The notes: generated by a model not told the origin, from the sequence alone. Positions 1-8,359 are shown, counted from the stretch's first letter. The stretch: DNA of 8,467 bases from Takakia lepidozioides (GCA_030704615.1 JAKLZA010000365.1:1-8467); one strand, 5' to 3'. Made by a program: numbers and translations.

Positions 1-56
1 GACGCCGCCTCTTGCGCTCAATTTCCCTCCATTTTCTTGATCCTTTCTCTGGTTTT

Positions 57-1964
57 CTATTGGCTGTATCCGCTGTGACTGGATTTTAATTTTATCTTCT
101 TTAGTGGACTTTCCCTCTTGGATAGTCCACTAGGATCACACATGTGACAAGAATTCGGCTTTTCTGTACTTGCCGTTCGTTCCGTTTCCCTTTTTCCGTA
201 CTCATTAATGGGCCTGGCTTTCATCCCTTTTGACGGCCGTTCTTGTCTTCTTTCTTTTTGACACCTGTCCTTGCACTTCATTCTCTGCTGTGTGTCGCGC
301 CCTGACCTCCACGTGTCTATTTTTAAAGTAATTTCCGTTTCCTCTTCCGTCATCCATTTTCCTGAAGTTATTATGTGTCCACTTGTCACTGATTCTATGG
401 ATGGTGTAACTTTAGTAGGCTGTGTTGAGCTGTGACAGGCTGTGTCATACTGTGTTACGCTGTGATAGGCTGTGATGCACTGTGGTAAGCTGTGATAGGC
501 TGTGACACGCTGTGGTAGGTTGTGATAGGCTGTGTTGCGCCTTGCTGGGCTGTGATAGGTTGTGTCACGTCGTGATGGGCTGTGATAGGCTGTGTCACGT
601 CGTGATGGGCTGTGATAGGCTGTGTTGCGCCTTGATGGGCTGTGATAGGCTGTGTCACGTCGTGATGGGCTGTGATAGGCTGTGTCACGTTTGTTTTGCC
701 CACCCTGGTCATATATGCTGGGCCTAGCGACAAGTGTTCCATACTCCGTTCGTAACACTGGTGCAGCCCGTGACTGTTCTTGCGGTTCAACATGCAAATC
801 ATGCTGCAGGGGTTTGTCATGGATACCACTGTACCCCTTCAACTTATTTGCATTGACTCTTCCCAGCATTTCTTTGTTAATGGTTTGTAACATGGCGGTG
901 TTGTTATCATACATCTTTTGTATGACATAAGGTCCTTTCCACGGTGATTTAAGCTTAGAAGCTTGAATCTTTCCTTTCTTCTGCAACCATAGAACCAAAT
1001 CCCCCGTCTTAAAAGTCTTTAACTTGCCTTCATCAAACTGTTCCTTTCGCTTCATCTGAATTCTGGTCATATTATCAGCTGCATCAGCACGTACTTCTTC
1101 CACATGGTATAATTCATGTTTCCTGACCTTGATGGAGTCTTGCAATTCCATTCTTTTTCCCCACTCCGTTCTCATGGTAGGTAACAGGAATTCCACTGGA
1201 AGTAAGGCTTCCATACCATAAACTAATTGGAATGGTGTATACTTAGTGGTGACTTTATATGAAGTCCTGTATGACCACAAAGCTGTCAGCAGCTTTGTAT
1301 CCCAATCCGTTCTGTTTGCATTGACTATCTTAGCCAAGATAGTACATAGTATTTTGTTGGTAGCCTCTGCCTGCCCATTACCCTGTGGGTAATATGTTGT
1401 ACTCTTTCTATGCACAATCATAAACTCTTTAGTCAACAACTCAATGGTCTCATTCATGAAGTGACTTCCTTGATCACTGATAAATTCTAAGGGACAGCCA
1501 AATCGTGTAAGTATGTTCTCGTACAGGAACCTTGCTGTGGACTTGGCTGTGTTGTCCCTCAAAGCTTTAGCTTCCACCACACTTTGTAGTATAATCAGTG
1601 GCTGTAATTATGTACCTGTTTCGTGTATTCTTGGATGGTGGGTTAATTGGTCCAACAAAGTCTAGTCCCCATTTCTGAAATGGTTCCGTAGGCATTGTAG
1701 GATGCAAGGCCATCCTTCCAGATCTCTGCAAAGGTCCTAGCCTCTGACATTCATCACACTTCTGACAATACTCGTGTACATCTTTGAACAAAGTAGGCCA
1801 CCAGTATCCTGCGAGTAGTATCTTTCTACTGGTAGTCTCTTCTCCAAAATGACCTCCAGCCACTCCTTTATGAACTTCGCCAAAACTTTATTTACTTCAT
1901 GGTGGTACAAGCATCGTTTTAGTACTCCATCAGGTCCTAACTTATACATTCTGCTTCCTACCAT
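57..1964 (-). CDS. pol: Pol: integrase (HHCC, DDE core, GPY/F module) with long in-frame C-terminal tail
   Basis: GGHFG...[23 protein letters not shown]; WGLDFVGP; ISDQGSHF; [14 protein letters not shown]; FKTGDLVL...[10 protein letters not shown]; VNANKLKGY ending at 831. The frame stays open to a stop at 57-59. Frameshifts near 1870 and 1579. Confidence 0.95.
421..690. repeat. Tandem array of 9 x 30 bp (27 x 10-bp subunits), consensus CGTGATGGGC TGTGATAGGC TGTGTCACGT
   Basis: Read directly. The 10-bp register is exact with no indels. The variant TGTGTTGCGC-CTTG recurs 90 bp apart (531 and 621). Confidence 0.95.
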
Positions 1965-2621
1965 AGTATAAGGTAAAGCTTTGATAGCATTCTCTTCCTC
2001 TGCTCCTTACCATAACTAGGTGGGCACTGACCATGAGCAAGGTAGTATCTGATTGGCCACTGCCAATCTAACCATTCATCTGCACTTCCTTGCACCTCCA
2101 TTACAAATAAACTCGCATCAGGTAACTGATCGTCCACTCCTGTGGCGGCCTCTCCTGTTGTTAGTCGTGACAAATGATCTGCCACAAGATGCAAACGGCC
2201 AGGCTTGTAAATAACCTCGAACTCAAACTCATGCAAGATTATAACCACCTCGCTATCCTTCCACTTATCAAGGTTTGTTCACCAGATATATCAGAGCCTG
2301 GTGATCCACATAAAACATAAACTTTCTTCCCAATAGGTAATGCCTGAATTTCTTGACTGCATAAATCATTGCCAATGCTTCTCTTTCCGTTGTGCTATAG
2401 TTCCTCTCAGCACTGTTCATCAACCGGCTAGCATAGTACACAGGTGAATCTATATTCCCTGTAACATTCTGGGCTAACACCGCTCCCAACGCTTCTCCTG
2501 ATGCATCGCAGTGAACATGAAATACTACATGCCAGTGAGGGTTAATCAGCACAGGTGTAGTTGTTACTGACAGTGTAAGTTCCTCAAACGCCTGTTGACA
2601 TTCAGCTGTCCAGGCAAACAC
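1958..2621 (-). CDS. pol: Pol: Ty3/Gypsy RNase H and linker (frameshifted near 2250-2270)
   Basis: FHVHCDASGEALGAVLAQ, YYASR, AERNYSTTEREALA, VKKFRHYLLG, YVDHQAL, (SGRIARW), EFEFEVIYKPG, VADHLSRL. Confidence 0.95.
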
Positions 2622-2632
2622 TGCATCTTTCT

Positions 2633-3640
2633 TCAGAAGTTGCTCAATGGTGCTGCTATTTGTGCATACCTTTTGACAAATCTTCTGTAATAACTGGTTT
2701 GCCCAAGGAATCTCCGTAGACTTTTAACATTCACTGGTGGTGGAGAGGCTTTAATGGACTCTGTCTTTCTGGGATCCACAAGGAGTCCCTTCTTACACAC
2801 AATGTGTCCCAGAAGCACCCCTGAGTTCACACAGAAAGTACACTTCTCTGGATTCAGGCCCAGACCTCTGCCTCATCATCGCCAAACATAACACCAATGC
2901 AAGTCTCTATCTAAACACTGAAATCATCAACAACTGAAATCATCCAGATACTCATGAAAAAATGATTCACTTATCACTCTCTGAAAGGTCGCTGGTGCAT
3001 TACAAAGTCCAAAGGGCATGACTTTGTATGCATAAGCCCCCCAGTCTGTGATGAAAGCTGTTTTCCCTTGGTCTTCTTCTGCCACTTGCACTTGATTATA
3101 ACCACTGAAGCCATCCATGAATGAGTACATCTCATGGCCTGCCACAGTGTCTAATACTGCTTCTGTGAATGGCAAAGGGAAAGGATCTTTCTTCGTACAA
3201 GCATTCAGCTTCTTATAGTTCACACATACTCTTAGTTTGCCATTCTTCTTGGGAACTATAACAATGGGTGACAACCAAGTTGTATACTCTATTGGGTATA
3301 TAAACTTAGCCTCAGCCAACTTCTTTATCTCTTCTCCAACCTTCTGTGCGTAGTTGGGATTCATTCTATACCTCGCCTGCTTGATTGGTACTGACCCTGG
3401 TTCCAGTTCAATCTTATGCTGACAGACTTCAGGTGGTATCCCTTTTAGATCCTCATAGCTCCAAGCAAATACATCTCTGTATTTGATGAACAAGCTTTTA
3501 GCTTCTTCGAAGAATTCCGGCTCCAAATCAGCTCCTACTTTCACCATCCTCGGTTCCTCCTTAGTTCCCACATTTACTTCTCTCACCTGCTCATCAGCTG
3601 TGATTGTCCAACCAGTCACCACTTCATCCTGTAAGCTCAC
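2633..3640 (-). CDS. pol: Pol: reverse transcriptase (frameshifted, damaged at 2850-2935)
   Basis: WLSPIVIVPKKNGKLRVCVNYKKLN, DPFPLP, YSFMDGFSGYNQ, KTAFIT, VMPFGLCNAPATFQR, out-of-frame VDDFSV (2914-2931), LNPEKCTF, LLGHIV, LRRFLGQTSYYRRF. Confidence 0.96.
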
Positions 3641-3773
3641 AGTGGCTGGTTCTTCTAGGATTTCTATTTCTCTTCTCTTTCTCTCTCTTCATAGAAATGT
3701 GATGGGTAAATGCTGGTTTCCTCTTCAGTTGGTGTTGCTGTCACTACACCACAGCAGATACCTCTCAAACAAC

Positions 3774-4571
3774 TTAGGCTTTCCAGCCGCATCTCTGCAA
3801 CCTGCTCCCACTCTGGGTGTGCAGCAAATAGGGTAGCTTCCTGCTCCTCATCCAGTCCTCCTCTCCAGTCATACTCTCTGACTCCTCGAGGTCTTCTTGT
3901 AGCAGGTAATCTACTAGATTTCTTTGTGGTAATTTGTATCTCGTGTATCCCATTATGCACGTTAGTAACTGAGAATTCCAGTCATGGAATACCCTGGCCT
4001 GTTTCAGCCACGGACGTCCCAATAATAAGGAGTAAGCCTCCATGACTTCATCCATTTTTAATACAGTTACTGTGATCATAAAGATCATTTTCTGTATCTG
4101 TATCTTAACTCCTCTTATTAATCCCAATGGCTGTACACTTCTTTGATCTGCCATTGTTACTGTAAATGGGGCTGGTTTCATGTTACTTAGACCAAGCTTC
4201 TTCCTTAATTGGTCTGTCATGATATTTACTCCAGAACCACCATCTATCAGTACATCAGTTAGTTCTGTGCTTCCAATTCTCAATTGGATTACTGGCATAG
4301 AATCATCAAAGTCCATGACTGGTTCTCGCCCTTCCGGCTTCACATTATAACTGGTCACCTTGCTGTTCAGGTCTGTGTTTCCTGTCTCTTGGGCAATTCG
4401 ATTGATTGCTTGATACAGCCTGTGCCTACAATAAGGTGCCACAGCTAATAGCTGTCCAATGGTAATTTCTGCTTTGGTCTGACATATTACTTCAGCAAAG
4501 CCTCTCTTCATTACTTTGCATGTCTGCATCTTCTTTTTTCCTTTCTTCCTCACTCCCTTCTTTTTCTCCAT
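3774..4571 (-). CDS. pol: Pol: retropepsin-like aspartic protease
   Basis: Active site VLIDGGSGVNIM (DGG at 4236-4244), MADQRSVQPLGLI and YSLLLGRPWL. The true frame probably shifts near 3960 into the PR-RT spacer (ORF 3664-3960). Confidence 0.92.
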   Translation of the reverse strand: MEKKKGVRKKGKKKMQTCKVMKRGFAEVICQTKAEITIGQLLAVAPYCRHRLYQAINRIAQETGNTDLNSKVTSYNVKPEGREPVMDFDDSMPVIQLRIGSTELTDVLIDGGSGVNIMTDQLRKKLGLSNMKPAPFTVTMADQRSVQPLGLIRGVKIQIQKMIFMITVTVLKMDEVMEAYSLLLGRPWLKQARVFHDWNSQLLTCIMGYTRYKLPQRNLVDYLLQEDLEESESMTGEEDWMRSRKLPYLLHTQSGSRLQRCGWKA

Positions 4572-5977
4572 CCGAATCAGAGGAATCTGCCACAGGAATA
4601 TCAGTACTCTTTTGCATTTCCCTTATAGTATCTGCCACTTCCTTGTGCAGTTCCTTCTCATCTTTCCAAGTCTCTTCATCTTCAGGCATATCATTGCCAC
4701 TTCCAGTCTCATCTTCTTCCTCTTCTACTGGAGGTATTAGTTTGGCTTTACTTCTTGTTACTATCATTGTACTTACTTCTGGTACAACACATGGCCTAAC
4801 CATGTGAGCTGCCACCACTGGGCCCTCATTCACAGGAGCTCTCATCTCATTCTGGTGTCTTATCCAGAATGAACAGGCTGCCTTGCGATGTCCTGGCTGA
4901 TTACAATAGTAACATAGCTCTTCACCATTGGGTCCTCGCCCTTGGTCTGTTCTTGGATTATTTCTATAATCCTGATTCCCGGGCTGGTAATTCCCCCTTG
5001 GATTACCCTGATAGTTGCCTCTGGAATTTCCTTGGTAATTCCCTCTTGAATTACCTCTCCCTTCCATGCCATTGTTATAACCACCAGACCTACCATAGTG
5101 GTCCTGATCATTGTTTCTTCTTGGCTGGGGCTGCACCTGATGCACCCTTACTTGCCTAGGTTCTCTTGCAGCTGTCCTTCTGTTGTAGTAACAATTCTCA
5201 GTAGAATGGTTATCCATTTTACAGATAGTACAGTGTTTCTCCTTCATGTGGCATTCTGTGGTGGTATGGCCTTCATTCTGGCACTTTGCACACCATACAC
5301 CCTTCCTCCAATGTGTTGCAGCCTCTGTGGCATACTTCTTCAAGATTTCTTCCAATTTTTTTTCATAGTTATCCCTCTTCAACTTCTCCTTTCTCTTACT
5401 CTTTCTTTTTAGTTCTTGCTCTTCTTCTTCATCTGACTCATCCTCAGAGTCCTCATCTTCTTTTTTCTCTCTCCTGAGCATTCCCAATTGCTCAATTCTG
5501 TTCGCAGTTTCAAATGCCTCCTCCACTGTATTATGGGGTAACATATCCACTTTCTTTTGCAACTCTGGTCTTAGTCCACTCACAAACCAAGTCTTCTGTA
5601 AACCGGGCGCTGGTACTGCAGCCAGCTTTTCATCATCAATTCCATCTTCTCCATATACTCTTCAACAGTTTCATGCTTCTTCTGCTTCAGCTGTTGTAAA
5701 CTTCCATACACTTCATCCTCAGTTTTACTTGTCCTGAACCTATTTCGAAATGCTGTATTCAAGCCATTCCAGGTTAGGAAATGATTATCAGGAATCTTGC
5801 ATACCATTCACTTGCTTTCTTGATAAGTGAACAAGGAAACAGTCTCATCTTGGCATCATCGCCATTCTCATTGTTCACTATACACATGTGCTCAAATTGG
5901 CTAATGTGTACATCGGGATCCCCTTTTCCTGAATATATTGGAAAGGGTGGTTTTGCCCGTGTTGGTTGTAACGCCAT
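4492..5977 (-). CDS. gag: Gag: capsid-like retrotransposon gag domain plus nucleocapsid (frameshifted near 5800 and 5590)
   Basis: PIYSGKGDPDVHISQFE...KMRLFPCSLIKKASEWY; TWNGLNTAFRNRF...LQQLKQKKHETVEEY (major-homology-like Q-x3-E-x-V-x-E-Y); SGLRPELQ. Three CCHC knuckles follow. Confidence 0.92.
4873..4914 (-). other. Third CCHC zinc knuckle
   Basis: CYYCNQPGHRKAAC. Confidence 0.92.
4984..5055 (-). repeat. 3 x 24-bp coding repeat, GN(S/P)RGNYQ
   Basis: Translation GNSRGNYQ-GNSRGNYQ-GNPRGNYQ. The DNA copies differ mainly at third codon positions. Confidence 0.85.
5191..5292 (-). other. Two tandem CCHC zinc knuckles
   Basis: CAKCQNEGHTTTEC (5251-5292) and CTICKMDNHSTENC (5191-5232), both C-x2-C-x4-H-x4-C. 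Confidence 0.92.
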
Positions 5978-6825
5978 CTGTGGCCCTACCTTCTGCCCAC
6001 TGACAGGTGCTGGCACCCTTGCTGGTGCTGGTCCTTCTGGACCTGTTGTTTTTGTGGTGGATCTTCCACCAAGTGGTGGCCCTTGAGCACTCCTTGCTTC
6101 TGGCCCCACGATATTCACAGTATTCCCAGCTTCAGTTGCACTACTTCCCACACTCCCTGTCCCCCCAGAGCCAGATCCAGGCAGCCCGCCTGATCCCCCT
6201 GAGCCGACACCTTCGTTGGCCTGTGATCCAAGTGCTCCACTTGATCCAGGTCCAACGGGTTGGGATGTCCTGGTTGTAGTCTCAACCTCAGCTGTTGGGT
6301 CTACTTCTTCATATTCTTCCTCTTCAATTTCTTCTCTCTGTTTTCATCCTCCAAGTTCTGCCCTTGGGTTTCTTCTTCACTCATGTAACTCAACTGTAAT
6401 GGTGTTGGAGAGTCTGAACTCTCCGTTGGCTCTGCCACATCCTCTTCTCCTTCTTCATCTTCTGCTTCAGAAACTGGAGTTCCTGCTTTTGGTGTTCCAT
6501 GCCAACTCTTATCAAAGATTTCTGTCAAGTCTTTTATCCAAGGATGTACCTCAGATCTTTCACCTCGTGATTGATCTTCTTCCTGTACCAATTCCCTTAA
6601 TCTTTCTTGCAAAGACAGAAGGAGTGGCATCCAACTCTAGTTCTTCCGGTATAGGTGATGCACTCTTTGATCTTGATGGTGTGAGAGGTCCAGATGATTC
6701 CCCTATGTCTATTCCTCTCTCCCAAGATATGGATAATTAGCTTTCAGATAGCTTTCTCTTTTTGCTGAATATCTCTGTCGTCTAGCTTCTCTTTCATCAC
6801 TCATGTCCCATGTCTTTCATTTCTT
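5978..6825 (-). CDS. Frameshifted acidic, then Gly/Pro/Ser-rich linker leading into Gag
   Basis: Fragments join across small indels: GESSGPLTPSRSKSASPIPEELEL / LQERLRELVQEEDQ...EAEDEEGEED (ORF 6301-6630) / EEIEEEEYEEVDPTAEVETTTRTSQPVGPGSSG...GSGGSGG / GSSATEAG...GPEGPAPARVPAP (ORF 5774-6151, continuous with the Gag core). Confidence 0.55.
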
Positions 6826-7521
6826 TTAATGTGGCAATAACCAAAACTCTCTTCTGTAATATCTCTCGTATATGCCTGGGTTTCTTTCAAGCTTCAATGC
6901 ACCCTTGGCTATACTTGAAGTCTCCGTTACCATATAACCATATGGCAAACAAGTCTGAAAAGCTGTTCTTGGTGTGAGTTTGATCCACAAAATATCCTTT
7001 GGAATCCAATTCTTTACCAGTACAAGCTCTTCATGCATATGAGTATAAACATTCACCTTTCTTTCTTCCCAGCCTTCAAACTCTACTCGTTTAATGGATA
7101 GCAATGCTATCACATAAACCAATGTTGGTAACCAACGTGCTCTTCCTCTACAGGCTACCTGATAAATCTTTATCATCCTTCTCTCCAGACCCCATTCTGG
7201 ATCAGCATCATGCACTCGTTTAAGAATATTTTCTTTACAACCGTCTGGCAATTCCAAGAACCTTTGAAAGAATTGTTTGGACAATCTTTCTTCCTTCGTT
7301 CCACAGGGAATTTGATTCACTTCAAATTCTTTAATGGTCCAACCACCATGATCCCACCAGATGCCTGTCACATCTGGTTGTTCATGTCCCAGGTCCCCAG
7401 TATGGTCGCCAAATGTCGCGCGGCTTTTACTCACCCATCCCTTCGCTATCCGAGGCGGAAACTCCAAGATAGAAGAGTTGGAAATCTCTAAGTACTCAGC
7501 CCGCGCAGAACAATCAGTCAT
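6826..7521 (-). CDS. Unknown 231-aa ORF upstream of gag (extra ORF or N-terminal Gag extension)
   Basis: Uninterrupted 696-nt ORF in element sense with globular-protein-like composition. No family recognised. The ATG lies in the LTR and the frame crosses the PBS. Confidence 0.6.
   Translation of the reverse strand: MTDCSARAEYLEISNSSILEFPPRIAKGWVSKSRATFGDHTGDLGHEQPDVTGIWWDHGGWTIKEFEVNQIPCGTKEERLSKQFFQRFLELPDGCKENILKRVHDADPEWGLERRMIKIYQVACRGRARWLPTLVYVIALLSIKRVEFEGWEERKVNVYTHMHEELVLVKNWIPKDILWIKLTPRTAFQTCLPYGYMVTETSSIAKGALKLERNPGIYERYYRREFWLLPH
7394..7411 (-). promoter_or_regulatory. Primer binding site, tRNA-Arg-like (TGGCGACCATACTGGGGA)
   Basis: 18 nt starting TGG (complement of tRNA CCA), 2 nt after the LTR CA. 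It closely resembles the TGGCGACTCCACTGGGGA tRNA-Arg PBS of plant Ogre/Tat-type elements. The tRNA identity is from recall, not from a search. Confidence 0.85.
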
Positions 7522-7805
7522 GACCTACAGCTAGTGTATCATGGGGGTGTTTCCTATTTGTTTCCTTTCCGCATTCATCTTAGCTACCTTACCATTGATA
7601 ATTAAGTATCAGTTTGCTTCATCAATCTATCGGTTTCCTTCACTCATCCATTCAATCCACAGCTTCACTCAGATCTCTCTACACAGTGTGATTGTATCGT
7701 ATAAGTATCAGATTATGATTTATCAGGTATCAGGCCGAAGCCATTGTGTCTCTAATCTGCTCTACAATATCACTACAGCTTTGCATATAACAAGCATCTA
7801 CTAAT

Positions 7806-7942
7806 CCTCTTTCCTCCTTCACCGTGCTCTCTCCACTCTTTTTCCCGATCTCCGCTCCTCCAGCCTGACTAAGAAGTCCTCCTCCGAATAATGATCCTCA
7901 TCTCCCCGTTTCTCCCTTTATCTTCCTCTCTCTCTCTCCTCC
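7806..7942. repeat. CT-rich (GA-rich in element sense) low-complexity tract in the LTR
   Basis: Pyrimidine-rich on +, including a short (CT)n near 7926-7940. Confidence 0.55.
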
Positions 7943-8056
7943 GCGGTTCTAACCGTTTCCCTCACTAACCGTCGTCTGTGAACTAACATGTTCCCTTCGC
8001 AGGTGTTTTTCCCCACAGTCGTTCCCTGTCCTACTCTTCGTTCCCTATGATTGACA

Positions 8057-8359
8057 GCTGTGTCAAGCTGTGACTGGCTGTGTGAAACTGTGACGGGCTG
8101 TGACTGGCTGTGTGGCTGTGACTGGCTGTGACTGGCTGTGTGAGCTGTGTTTGGCTGTGTCGGGCTGTGACTGGCTGTGGCTGGTGGCTGTGTCGGCTGT
8201 GTCTGCTGTACGACTGTGACGGGCTGTGTTGGCTTGTGTTGGCTGTGTCGGCTGTGACGACTGTGACGCTGTGTTGGCTGTGTCTGGCTGTGACACTGTG
8301 ACGGGCTGTGTTTGGCTGTGTCCTGCTTTGAACGACTGTGACGGCTGATGCGACTGTGT
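8057..8359. repeat. Degenerate minisatellite in the LTR, about 30 units of 8-10 bp, core GGCTGTG(A/T)
   Basis: Read directly, e.g. GGCTGTGACT GGCTGTGACT, GGCTGTGTTT GGCTGTGTCG GGCTGTGACT. It ends next to a C8 run at 8362-8369. Confidence 0.93.

Noticed and set aside
19-58. Purine-rich minus-strand stretch as the PPT followed by the 3' LTR
   Set aside because: It is interrupted by pyrimidines, and the following TGAGCGC does not match any sequence in the 5' LTR region.
421-690. CRISPR-like array paired with the RT
   Set aside because: The units are contiguous tandem repeats with no unique spacers, there are no cas genes, and the context is a eukaryotic retrotransposon.
293-690. Left array region as the 3' LTR (TGTCGCGC at 293-300 matches 7414-7421)
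   Set aside because: Only 8 bp match, and the flanks and spacing differ from 7414-8428.
2939-2950. YLDD as the RT catalytic motif
   Set aside because: It is too close to ATFQR. The expected catalytic position matches the frameshifted VDDFSV at 2914-2931.
6826-7521. env-like gene
   Set aside because: It lies 5' of gag, has no signal peptide, and its one hydrophobic stretch is only ~14 aa.
512-7804. Plus-strand ORFs (e.g. 512-727, 3483-3836, 4516-4807, 6216-6740, 7541-7804)
   Set aside because: They are antisense shadows of purine-rich coding sequence or repeats (Ser/Leu/Phe-rich) with no recognisable domains.
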